Origin: an uncultured Chloroflexia bacterium
GTDB taxonomy: Bacteria > Chloroflexota > Anaerolineae > Anaerolineales > Villigracilaceae
DNA length: 64,000 nucleotides
NCBI GenBank assembly: GCA_963746745.1
Contig: CAVVCL010000005.1
Coordinates: 28,733 to 92,732 of the forward strand
Reading direction: 5' to 3'
Shown: positions 1-8,204 of the stretch, one piece after another
Layout of the letters: each line of letters starts with the position of its first letter
How positions within the stretch are numbered: the stretch's first letter is position 1
The notes under the pieces: generated by a model
Databases searched by the model: none
Told to the model about the DNA's origin: nothing
The model's input: the letters and a program-made list of their open reading frames with translations, nothing else
Made by a program: the position numbers and the translations under genes

Positions 1-680
1 GTGGCCTCGATCAGTTTGCCGGTGTCTTGATCCGAGAGTTCTACACGCTGATTCTGTGCAAAGAGGGCCCGGACTTCTTCCGGTTGGAACGTGAGATCGG
101 AGAAGTCCAGACCGCCTACCTCGTCTCGAGCCACGAGCAGGGGTATATCGGGGATCTCCGGCAGCGTCCGCGAGACCAGCACGAGGTGGCAGCTCTCGTC
201 CATCAACTGGACGAATCGGTTGATGAAGGCCTGGATGGATGGCACGCCGTCGAGGAACTGGAAATCATCCAGCACGAGCACGAAGTGTTCGGGAATCTCA
301 TCGTGGATTTCGTTGACCAGGGTGACCAGCAGAGATTCCCGGCCCTCCTCGAAGCTGGTCAGGCCGTTCAAGACCGAGCGCGCCCGCCCGCCGAAGTGCG
401 GGAATCGCTCTGCGATTGCTGCGATCAGGTAGGAGATGAAGCGCTGGGGGTCGCTATCGAGTGCATCCAGCGCCAGCCAGCAAAAAGTAAGTTCGCTTTG
501 ATGCGCCAGGTCGATCAGCAGCGAAGTCTTGCCGTAGCCCGCGGGCGCCGACACGATGATCAGTCGTCGATCAAGCCGTCCGTACAGGATATCCAACAGC
601 CGGGCACGGCTCAGCAGCTCGGGCCGCCGCGCCGGCATGATGACTTTCGTCTTGCTTATGGTTATGTCAGGTGCTGCCAT
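1..680 (-). CDS. MalT-like STAND NTPase domain of a putative transcriptional regulator (partial; continues beyond the left edge)
   Basis: Not in the ORF track because no stop lies in the window. Reverse-strand translation from ATG (680-678) gives MAAPDITISKTKVIMPARRPELLSRARLLDILYGRLDRRLIIVSAPAGYGKTSLLIDLA...HFVLVLDDFQFLD. Walker A (GYGKTS) and Walker B-like (VLVLDD) occur in the order seen in MalT/LuxR-type large ATPases. Confidence 0.7.
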   Translation of the reverse strand, partial: MAAPDITISKTKVIMPARRPELLSRARLLDILYGRLDRRLIIVSAPAGYGKTSLLIDLAHQSELTFCWLALDALDSDPQRFISYLIAAIAERFPHFGGRARSVLNGLTSFEEGRESLLVTLVNEIHDEIPEHFVLVLDDFQFLDGVPSIQAFINRFVQLMDESCHLVLVSRTLPEIPDIPLLVARDEVGGLDFSDLTFQPEEVRALFAQNQRVELSDQDTGKLIEA

Positions 681-751
681 TCCTCAACCCGTTCACGGGA
701 TTCTATTCTACTTGCCGCGCCGGCCGGGGGCATTGCGATCTCGATGCGACC

Positions 752-1567
752 TCAGAATTGGCGCAGGCTCGCTTGAATCTGTGCGTGAATGCCCGGGGCG
801 GCGGCGATGATCGATTGCGGGGCGGTCAGATAGTCTGGCCCGTTCCGCGCGTTGGTGACGATGGCGCCGGCTTCTTCAGCGATCAATCCGCCCGCGGCGA
901 CGTCCCAGGCGCTGAGGGAAATTTCCCAAAAGCCGTCGAAGCGGCCCGCTGCCACCCAGCACGCGTCGAGGGCCGCTGATCCAAGCCGGCGCACACCTTG
1001 CGTCAGTTTCGCCAGGTGTACGAAGTTATCGAAATTGTCCCGTTCCGTGTCCCACGCGTCGTATGGAAAACCCGTCACCAGCAGGCTCTTGCGGAGCTCC
1101 GTGGTATCGGCAGCGTGGATCGATGCCCCATTGAGCCGCGCGCCCTTGCCCCGCTCGGCGCTGAACATCTCGTCGCGCATCGGGTCGTAGACTACCCCGA
1201 GGCGGACGCGGCCCTGGTACGCGCAGGCAATCGAAACGGAGAAGATGGGAATGCGATGGGCATAGTTCACGGTGCCATCCAATGGATCCACAAACCAGGA
1301 ACGCTCCTGATCTCCTTCCGTGAGCCCCCGTTCCTCCGCCATGATCGTCCCGCCGGGCCAGCGCCTGCCGATCTCTTCCAGAAGAAAGTTCTCTGAGGCA
1401 CGGTCCATCTCTGTCACTGGATCGATAACCCCCTTGTACTCGACCGTGTGAACCCGGTCGAACCCATCACGAAGCATGGCGCCCGCGCTGCGCGCCATCG
1501 ATTCAATGTCTGCAAGCAATGGTTGCGGCTTTGCCTGCATTCCGAGTTGTTTGTCGTCTCTAATCAT
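752..1567 (-). CDS. Inositol monophosphatase family protein (SuhB/IMPase-like)
   Basis: ORF 752..1663. WFVDPLDGTVNY and LVTGFPYD motifs fit the IMPase fold. Start moved to ATG 1567 (MIRDDKQ), which overlaps the upstream stop; ATG 1540 is also possible. Confidence 0.85.
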   Translation of the reverse strand: MIRDDKQLGMQAKPQPLLADIESMARSAGAMLRDGFDRVHTVEYKGVIDPVTEMDRASENFLLEEIGRRWPGGTIMAEERGLTEGDQERSWFVDPLDGTVNYAHRIPIFSVSIACAYQGRVRLGVVYDPMRDEMFSAERGKGARLNGASIHAADTTELRKSLLVTGFPYDAWDTERDNFDNFVHLAKLTQGVRRLGSAALDACWVAAGRFDGFWEISLSAWDVAAGGLIAEEAGAIVTNARNGPDYLTAPQSIIAAAPGIHAQIQASLRQF

Positions 1568-2462
1568 CTTCCCAGATTCTCTTTCCCAGGGCTGATAACA
1601 CAAATTCCACGGCCAGGGCGGCGGTCCGGTTCTCCACATCGAGGATCGGATTGACCTCCACAATGTCCATGCCGATCAGTCTGCCGGTCGCACCCACCAA
1701 TTCGCAGGCAACGTGCCCCTCGCGCTGGCTCAACCCGGCGGCGACCGGGGTGCCGACCCCAGGCGCGTAGAGCGGGTCGAGCGCGTCCATATCGAACGAC
1801 AGATAGAGGCCATCCACGTCCTTCGATACTCTGGCGATTGCCTCTTCGACGGCTCCGCTCATCCCCAGGCGATCGATCTGCTCCATGCCCATGACTGTCA
1901 CGCCGGCCGCTCGTAGATTCGCCTTCTCGCCCGCATCGAGGTCGCGGGCGCCAATCACGGCAACGTGTCGGGGATCCACCGCCGCGGCCGGCTCCTCCCA
2001 GAGGCGCGTGAGCCGCTTGTCGCCCAGACCGCATAGCGCGGCCAGCGGCATCCCGTGGATGTTACCGGACGGTGTTGTCTTGTCTGTGTTGAAGTCGGCA
2101 TGCGCATCGATCCAGATGAGCGCAAGGTGCTTGTTCCTGGCCGCACCCCGCACCGATCCGAGGGACAGACTGTGGTCCCCGCCCAACACCAGCGGAAAAT
2201 GGCCGTTCTGGACGGCTGTCGCAACCGCGCCAGCGGCACGTCGCGCCATGGGGACGATGCAATCGATGTACTTGAGCTTCGGGTCGTCGATGGAGCACGT
2301 CTCGGCGATCGGGACCTCGATGTTCCCCTTGTCCGCCACGGCTAGGCCCAGCATTTCCACCTTCTCCCGCAGGTGGGCATACCGAATGGCGCTCGGTCCC
2401 ATGTCCACGCCCCGTCGATCCGCACCGAGGTCGATGGGCACGCCGATGATATCAATTTGCAT
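1560..2462 (-). CDS. rocF: Arginase (ureohydrolase family)
   Basis: ORF 1560..2501. MQIDIIGVPIDLGADRRGVDMGPSAIRY, GGDHSLSLG, IWIDAHADFNT and SFDMDALDP are the Mn-binding ureohydrolase motifs. Start set at ATG 2462, preceded by AGGAG. Confidence 0.85.
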   Translation of the reverse strand: MQIDIIGVPIDLGADRRGVDMGPSAIRYAHLREKVEMLGLAVADKGNIEVPIAETCSIDDPKLKYIDCIVPMARRAAGAVATAVQNGHFPLVLGGDHSLSLGSVRGAARNKHLALIWIDAHADFNTDKTTPSGNIHGMPLAALCGLGDKRLTRLWEEPAAAVDPRHVAVIGARDLDAGEKANLRAAGVTVMGMEQIDRLGMSGAVEEAIARVSKDVDGLYLSFDMDALDPLYAPGVGTPVAAGLSQREGHVACELVGATGRLIGMDIVEVNPILDVENRTAALAVEFVLSALGKRIWEDD

Positions 2463-2491
2463 TTCTGCTCCTGAAAGAGAAAGTTCTCCCC

Positions 2492-2500
2492 ATTCTATCA
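2492..2500 (-). promoter_or_regulatory. Extended -10-like element TGATAGAAT upstream of the arginase gene
   Basis: Reverse strand reads TGATAGAAT about 30 nt upstream of ATG 2462. The same 9-mer recurs upstream of the MFS gene (6913-6921), and GATAGAAT precedes both DinB 5' fragments. Confidence 0.3.
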
Positions 2501-2539
2501 AAGCTCCCCGTCGACCCCAGCCGCGACAATGTCTACATG

Positions 2540-2555
2540 AAGGCTACACACTTCT
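2540..2555 (+). promoter_or_regulatory. Shared 16-nt motif AAGGCTACACACTTCT, 59 nt upstream of the cytochrome b561 start
   Basis: Near-identical copy AAGGCTACACATTTCT at 6979-6994, 60 nt upstream of ATG 7054. Here it overlaps the perfect inverted repeat ACTTCTG-TCAG-CAGAAGT (2549-2566). Confidence 0.3.
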
Positions 2556-2613
2556 GTCAGCAGAAGTTCATCTGTGATCCATATACTGCACATCCAAAGG
2601 AGCCCGCCACTTC

Positions 2614-3357
2614 ATGACTGAGAATGCTTCATCTCTCCCCGCGAGTCCCGCCCCCAAGCGATATCATCCGGCACTCGTTGCGTTGCATTGGTTGATATTC
2701 ATATTGATCTTCGCCACTGCCTATTTCGTCCTGGTCGCTGGTGGCGAAGGCCGCCGCCAGGCCAGCCTGACCATAGCGGGCCTTCCGTCCATCGGGATCC
2801 ACATGATCCTGGGACTTCTCGTCCTTGTCCTGCTGATCGTTCGACTTGTGGTCCGTCTGACGACCCGGCACCCTGACTGGGCCACGGCCGGCAACCGTTT
2901 CCTCGACCTCATGGGTGCGCTTACTCACTGGGGCTTGTATATCTTCACATTTGCGATAACGATCACCGGCCTGATCCTTGCTATCCAGACTAATCGCCTC
3001 AACCGTGTCTTCAACCCATCCAGCGCATTTGCAGGGGGCTTTGCGGCCCGGCAGTCACAAGCTGGGCAGGTACCGCCCGCTGGCGGTTTTCAGCCTGGAC
3101 AATTGCCCCCTGCCGCCGGATCGCAGCCCGGTCAGCCTTCGCAATTGGGACAATTCCCGCGCGGGGGCGATCGACCGGGGGGCTTCGAGGGAGGCTTCCG
3201 AGAGGGCGGCGGATTCTCTCTCGGCGCTTTCCACGGCCTGAGCTGGGCGCTGTTGCTACTCCTGCTGGTAGTACACGTCGGTGCGGCCTTGTATCACCAA
3301 TTTCTGCGCAAGGACGGTCTGTTCGGAAGAATGTGGTTCGGCAAGCGCTATGCGTGA
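2614..3357 (+). CDS. Cytochrome b561 family membrane protein with a Gly/Pro/Gln-rich insert
   Basis: ORF 2614..3357. N-terminal RYHPALVALHWLIFILIF is typical of bacterial cytochrome b561 (YceJ/CybB-like), with 4 hydrophobic helices. A low-complexity GGFQPGQLPPAAGSQPGQPSQ segment precedes the last helix. Confidence 0.75.
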   Translation: MTENASSLPASPAPKRYHPALVALHWLIFILIFATAYFVLVAGGEGRRQASLTIAGLPSIGIHMILGLLVLVLLIVRLVVRLTTRHPDWATAGNRFLDLMGALTHWGLYIFTFAITITGLILAIQTNRLNRVFNPSSAFAGGFAARQSQAGQVPPAGGFQPGQLPPAAGSQPGQPSQLGQFPRGGDRPGGFEGGFREGGGFSLGAFHGLSWALLLLLLVVHVGAALYHQFLRKDGLFGRMWFGKRYA

Positions 3358-3361
3358 AAGA

Positions 3362-3404
3362 ACCGGGACGAGATCTGATCTCGTCCCGGTTCCTTTTTTC
3401 TTTT
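3362..3404 (+). terminator. Rho-independent terminator
   Basis: ACCGGGACGAGA-TCTGA-TCTCGTCCCGGT perfect 12-bp stem followed by TCCTTTTTTCTTTT. It lies between convergent genes. Confidence 0.8.
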
Positions 3405-3422
3405 CGGTGTGCCTTTTTTGAC

Positions 3423-3614
3423 CTAGAGCAGTTTCAGCAGATGCAAGACATATAGCAGGACGGCGACGACCAGGACAACCCCGCAGCCGCGGAAGATGAT
3501 GTGCAGCAAGTGGCCGAACAACCGCAAGATGGCCCCTGCCAGCACCACCACCGCCAGCAAGATCAGCAGCCAGCCTACCAGACTCAGGTTGATCGACGAC
3601 AGATCAAACGGCAT
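3423..3614 (-). CDS. Small hydrophobic membrane protein (2 predicted helices), function unknown
   Basis: ORF 3423..3614, 63 aa, almost entirely hydrophobic (LVGWLLILLAVVVLAGAIL and GVVLVVAVLLYVLHLL). Confidence 0.5.
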   Translation of the reverse strand: MPFDLSSINLSLVGWLLILLAVVVLAGAILRLFGHLLHIIFRGCGVVLVVAVLLYVLHLLKLL

Positions 3615-3631
3615 AGCCCGAGTTCCCGTTC

Positions 3632-4907
3632 TCAGTCGACCTGATCATAACCCGTATTCACGGCATACACGCGCCCGCGTTTGATCACCGTGCGCGCGAG
3701 ATTGGTCCCGAATCGATATCCCACGTGGCGGTAGTCCGGCGCGTCCAGAACCAGTAGATCGGCCAGCTTGCCCTCCTCCAGCGAACCGATGCTGTCGGCC
3801 CGGCGGATGGCGTGGGCCGCGTTGATCGTGGCCGCCGCGATGGCTTGTGCAGGTGTCAGACCCATGAAGCGGCAGGCCAGGGCGATCACGAACTGCATCG
3901 AACTCATTCCATGCGGTGCCTGGATTGCAGTCCGTAGCCAGGGCCAGCAGTCCGCCAGCTTCCAGGATTCTGCGCGCCGGCGTGTACTCGTGCTCTCCGA
4001 GGCCGAACGGCGTGCACGGCAGCGCCACGGCCACTGTCTCCGACTTGGCCAGCGCCGCAATGTCCGCACCCGAGGTCTTGACCAGGTGGTCGGCGGAAGC
4101 CGCCCCCAACTCGGCCGCCAGCGTGGCCCCGCCGAGGTTGTCGAATTCGTCCGCATGGATCTTAAGGGGGAAACCGAGTTCACGTGCCTTTGACAAGATC
4201 TCCCGTGATTGCGCCAAATTGAAAGCTCGATCCTCGCAGAACACGTCCACGAATGGCAGGGCACGTGCACTCGCGTGCGTCTGCCACCATTCGCGGACGC
4301 CGGGCAGCATCGTGCGGCACAACAGGTCCGTATAACCCTGCGGATCAGCGCTGAATTCTGGCGCGATCGCATGGGCGCCCAGGTAGGTGGGTGCCAGGTC
4401 GATCGGCAGTTCTGCGTCGAGTGCCAGCAGCGCCTCCAACAGCCGCAGTTCCGCCCCGGCTTCCAGGCCATAGCCCGTTTTTGCCTCGACGGTGGTTGTT
4501 CCGTGGGCGAACATGCGTTGCAGCCGCGGGCGGGTTTGGTCCATCAATGTCTGAATCGACGCTCCGCGCGTGAGTTTCAATGTTGACAGAATGCCGCCGC
4601 CGGCCGCCAGGATGTCGAGGTACTTCGCTCCCTCCAGCCGCATCTCGAATTCCATGGCGCGGTCGCCCACCCAGATCACATGCGTGTGCGGGTCGACCAG
4701 CCCGGGCATCACCACGCATCCGCTTGCATCCAGTTCCGGCTCCTGTCCGTATGCACCGCGCAGATCGCGCGTGGTCCCCACCGCCGCGATCTTCTCGCCG
4801 CGGATCAGCACGGCGCCATCCTCGATGATGCCCAGCGTGCCGAGCGCCTTGCCGCGCTGCGGACCGCCTGCGAGCGTCAGCAGCTGTGTCGCCGAGTGGA
4901 TCAGCAT
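3632..4907 (-). pseudogene. hutI: Imidazolonepropionase, frame-disrupted (1-nt shift near 3905-3915) or assembly indel
   Basis: N-terminal 330 aa lie in the frame of ORF 3645..4979 (MLIHSATQLLTL..., PGLVDPHTHV, KIHADEF, ATDCNPGTAW). The C-terminal 90 aa lie in the frame of ORF 3632..4471 (SSMQFVIALACRFMGLTPAQAIAAATINAAHAIRRADSIGSLEEGKLADLLVLDAPDY). Start taken at ATG 4907. Confidence 0.85.
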
Positions 4908-5007
4908 GCCGGCGCCTTGGCGGTCGTTGCGAGGAGCGTGATCTTCCCGACGTGGCAATCTCCTCCGCCCCGCAGCCAATCTCTCTGACCATCGCTGTTT
5001 GCCGTCG

Positions 5008-5616
5008 TCATTTCTCCGCCGTGGCCCACATGTTCATCATCAACTCGAAGTATCCAAACTTCAGCTTCTTCATTTCAAAGCCGGCCTGCCCGAAGTGCCA
5101 GCCGATCAGCGGCAGCGTATAGGCAAACGCGTGCTCGTGGATCTCCTCGGCGCTGACCAGGTTGAGCTGCGCCATCAGGTGGAGCAAGCCGTCTGCCCAG
5201 GCGGCTGGCGTCGTCAGCACGACGATCCCACGGGGCCGCAACACACGGCGGCATTCTGTGAAAAGTGCGGCCATGCTGTCTGGATTGAGATGCTCGACGA
5301 CGGCCAGCAGCGATACGGCATCGAAGTAATCGTTTTCAAAGGGCAGTCGCGGTTCACGATTGAGATCCAGTTCAAAGAACTCGATCTGGTTGCCTGTGAC
5401 CGCCTCCTTTGGCATGGGAAGCTGATCGACTGCGAATTTCTCTTTGAACGCGGTATGCGCCAGGAAATACGGAAACGATCCGCAGCCGATGTCCAGGATG
5501 CGGCCGTCTCTCAGAGACGGCGGGATCAGGCGATTGGCGCGGTTGGTGCGCAGGCGCGCCAGAGTTGGTTCCAGCCACCCCTTGCCGCGCGTGTATTGGG
5601 TCGATTTCGGGGCCAT
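5008..5616 (-). CDS. Class I SAM-dependent methyltransferase
   Basis: ORF 5008..5616. ILDIGCGSFPYF (motif I) and RVLRPRGIVVLTTP (post-II region). Confidence 0.8.
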   Translation of the reverse strand: MAPKSTQYTRGKGWLEPTLARLRTNRANRLIPPSLRDGRILDIGCGSFPYFLAHTAFKEKFAVDQLPMPKEAVTGNQIEFFELDLNREPRLPFENDYFDAVSLLAVVEHLNPDSMAALFTECRRVLRPRGIVVLTTPAAWADGLLHLMAQLNLVSAEEIHEHAFAYTLPLIGWHFGQAGFEMKKLKFGYFELMMNMWATAEK

Positions 5617-5653
5617 CGATTCAATTCTGGGTGCGATGAATTGTCCGATTATA

Positions 5654-6850
5654 TCAGCCGGTCGCGTGGGGGCGTCGCAGTCGCGCCACCAGCCACGGCA
5701 GGATCGTGATCTTGCGCTGCATCTCCGCCAGCGCCAGCAAGGCGAAGACGTTGAAGACCACCGCCGTCGCCGTGATCATCGGGAAACCCAGCTTGGCATA
5801 GATGAACGTCGAGAGCAGCGCCCCCAGGGACCGCCCAATTCCAAAGCCCATGGCGTTGAGTGCGATCGCGGTTGCCCTGGAGGATGGCACCACCTCGGTC
5901 ATCATCGGCAGCTGGCTCACGACCAGGTACTCGAAGGAGATATAGAAAAGGAACAGACCAACCAGCGCGCCGACTTCCGTCCGGCCGATCCAGGGTAGCA
6001 GCAGAGATGCCAGGATGTTGCCCGCAAGACCCACGGCGACGGCTCGCGGCTTGCCAAGCCGATCTGTCACCGTGGCGACCAGACTTTCGCCTCCCAGCTC
6101 CGCCAAACCAATCACGGCGGAGGCGCCGGCCAGGGCGGCGATCTGCAGCCCGAACGAGTTTGCCAGCCAAACCCCGAAGTTCAGGTTGACCGCTTCATTT
6201 GCGGCGCTGGCCCACAACCCGATCAAGACACCCGCCACCGCAGGGATCGAGGTCAACACTTCGTGGACATTTCGCAGCGGCGACTCGGGCGCCGCGGTCG
6301 GCCCGTCGTGCGGGATCGTGCGCCACACGGCGACGAACATGAACACTCCCAGCGCCGCCAGCACCGGAAAAGGCGCGCTCCAGCCAAAGTGCGCGATCAA
6401 GAAGCCCATGGCGGGCACGCCCGCAATGAATGCAGCGGACCAGGCGAGTTCCGTGATCGCAACAGCCGTGCCGCGTTGCGTGTATGGGACGCGATCCCCG
6501 AAGTAAGCATGCACGGCCGGATCGAACAGGGATTTGCTGAGAATGGCCAGGACAAGCGCCGCTGAAAACGTGATCAGGTTTGGGCGGACGGCAACCGCAC
6601 CAACCCCCAGCGTGAAGAGCACGACCCCGGCCAGCATTCCGACCTTGCGCCCCCGCACGTCTGCGATGGGTGCCAGGATCGGACCAAAGATGCCCACCGC
6701 GTTGCGGCCGGTCAGGGCCAGCGACATCGCCGTGACATTGACGCCCAGGCCCCCGGCGAACACCGTCAGGAACGGGTACACCATTCGGTGCATGGTGTTC
6801 AGGATCACCCGCAGCAGTGCTATGACGATGAGTTGGGTTCTGACTCTCAT
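5654..6850 (-). CDS. MFS transporter
   Basis: ORF 5654..6850, 398 aa, about 12 hydrophobic segments. The loop motif DVRGRKVGM after TM2 is typical of the MFS. Confidence 0.8.
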   Translation of the reverse strand: MRVRTQLIVIALLRVILNTMHRMVYPFLTVFAGGLGVNVTAMSLALTGRNAVGIFGPILAPIADVRGRKVGMLAGVVLFTLGVGAVAVRPNLITFSAALVLAILSKSLFDPAVHAYFGDRVPYTQRGTAVAITELAWSAAFIAGVPAMGFLIAHFGWSAPFPVLAALGVFMFVAVWRTIPHDGPTAAPESPLRNVHEVLTSIPAVAGVLIGLWASAANEAVNLNFGVWLANSFGLQIAALAGASAVIGLAELGGESLVATVTDRLGKPRAVAVGLAGNILASLLLPWIGRTEVGALVGLFLFYISFEYLVVSQLPMMTEVVPSSRATAIALNAMGFGIGRSLGALLSTFIYAKLGFPMITATAVVFNVFALLALAEMQRKITILPWLVARLRRPHATG

Positions 6851-6912
6851 GGCTTCTCGCCGATCAGCGTTGGGCCCCGCCTGGTGCCCCCGCTCGTCCC
6901 ACGTGCCGCTGA

Positions 6913-6921
6913 ATTCTATCA
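6913..6921 (-). promoter_or_regulatory. Extended -10-like element TGATAGAAT upstream of the MFS gene
   Basis: Reverse strand reads CTGATAGAATTC, 63 nt upstream of ATG 6850. Same 9-mer as at 2492-2500. Confidence 0.3.
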
Positions 6922-6978
6922 GGGAGGCTCCGGTCCCCGCCTCGATCCCTCACCGGCGCAACGGGTCACGGGCACACA

Positions 6979-6994
6979 AAGGCTACACATTTCT
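6979..6994 (+). promoter_or_regulatory. Second copy of the shared motif AAGGCTACACATTTCT
   Basis: Positioned 60 nt upstream of ATG 7054, mirroring 2540-2555 relative to ATG 2614. Confidence 0.3.
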
Positions 6995-7053
6995 TTAACC
7001 ATTATCTTGCAATCCGGCCTTATCATGAAACCGTTCAACAAAGGAGATGTGGA

Positions 7054-7571
7054 ATGAGCAAAACTTGGAAATGGATTCTCGGCATTTTGGCCGTGCTTGT
7101 TATTGTTGGGGTCGTGGTCGGTGCCGTCTTCATGTGGCGGAATTATGCGCCCATGGCCCTCGGCAGTCGCGTAACCCGCATGCGGCAATACGCGCAGCCG
7201 GCGCCTGGCACCCCCGCCGTGCAGCCGCGCCCGGCGCGCAGGTGGCCCCCAATAATCAGAAACGTCCGGGTACTCCGTACGGATTTGGCCGGGGTGACCG
7301 CGGTTTCTTTTACGGCCGCGGCGAAGGCATGCCCATGATGGGCAGTCGCGGTTTCCGGAATTTCGGCGGCATGATGCCGTTCGGCATCGGCTTCCTCATC
7401 CTGGGCGGGCTGCTGCACCTGATCATCCCGCTGGGGATACTGGTGCTGGTGGCGATCCTCTTCTATTGGCTGGGAAGGCGCGCTGGTGCCTCGTACGCCG
7501 CCAGAACGGCGCCATCCAACCCGACAACGCCTGAACCACCGCGACCCGGACGTCGCGTGGCGAAGAGCTAG
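7054..7571 (+). pseudogene. Gly/Arg/Met-rich bitopic membrane protein, apparently frame-disrupted around 7200-7245 (or two small ORFs)
   Basis: Strong SD (AAAGGAGA) before ATG 7054. The N-terminal TM MSKTWKWILGILAVLVIVGVVVGAVFMW is in frame 1, then turns into Arg-rich nonsense. A plausible continuation (...APNNQKRPGTPYGFGRGDRGFFYGRGEGMPMMGSRGFRNFGGMMPFGIGFLILGGLLHLIIPLGILVLVAILFYWLG) lies in the frame of ORF 7047..7571. Confidence 0.5.
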
Positions 7572-7600
7572 CGACTCGGCAAACGCACAGTGAGTTCGTT

Positions 7601-7636
7601 AAAACGAGCAGGCCCGCCGGCCTGCTCGTTTTCTTT
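7601..7636 (+). terminator. Rho-independent terminator
   Basis: AAAACGAGCAGGC-CCGCCG-GCCTGCTCGTTTT followed by CTTT. Confidence 0.8.
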
Positions 7637-7803
7637 CCCGATCCCGGGCTATTTGCACAGGACTCTTCTCATCCTTTCATTGACGAATGGGACCAAGTAA
7701 GGAATAATCGGCTTCCACGTTCCCGGGAAGAACACAGGTTTCTTCCATGTCCATTGCGTCCTGCAGTGACCCGGGCTCTCGTTCGCTAAGAAGGAGTTGG
7801 GTT

Positions 7804-7992
7804 GTGACCAACGCCAGGAAACGCACCATTGGGTATGTGGCCGCTGTGATTTTGCTCGCTGCCGCGGCCACCGGCATCTTGGGATGGAGAAACCAGATTC
7901 AAAGGGCCCGCGCGTCGAATCCGATCGCGGCGCAAGCGACCTCGGTGGGGACCCAGGACGTTCCCATCATCATCGGTCCCATCCTCCGGTAG
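7804..7992 (+). CDS. Small membrane-anchored hypothetical protein (possibly a truncated remnant)
   Basis: GTG 7804 follows AAGGAG. VTNARKRTIGYVAAVILLAAAATGILGW is a signal-anchor, and only about 35 aa follow. I recognised no family. Confidence 0.25.
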   Translation: MTNARKRTIGYVAAVILLAAAATGILGWRNQIQRARASNPIAAQATSVGTQDVPIIIGPILR

Positions 7993-8167
7993 GCATCAAA
8001 GCATGATCGGCAATGCAACCTCCGGTGTGTGCGCGGTGAGAGTCCCGCTCCCCTTCCATTTTCGACGTGCCTTGGAATTCTGGAGGGGATTTGCTGGGGG
8101 GCCGGCGCGCGGGCTCGGGAAGCGCGGAACCTCGGCCGCAAAGACAGCGGTTATGATATCATCGTGT

Positions 8168-8183
8168 TAGAACATATATTCTA
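8168..8183. promoter_or_regulatory. Palindrome TAGAACATATATTCTA (GAAC-N4-(A)TTC, Cheo/LexA-box-like) 22 nt upstream of ATG 8205
   Basis: AT-rich inverted repeat in an otherwise GC-rich spacer. It differs by one position from the GAAC-N4-GTTC core. Confidence 0.3.
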
Positions 8184-8204
8184 GCCTTAGTGCAGGAGGA
8201 AACG

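Noticed and set aside
27-776. 249-aa ORF on the plus strand at the left edge
   Set aside because: The opposite strand encodes a clear MalT-like NTPase with Walker A and B motifs. The plus-strand product has no recognisable features.
1560-2462. Formimidoylglutamase (HutG) assignment because hutI is nearby
   Set aside because: The N-terminus (IGVPIDLGADRRGVDMGPSAIRY) and overall motif pattern look like true arginase. The gene is also not contiguous with hutI: three genes on mixed strands intervene.
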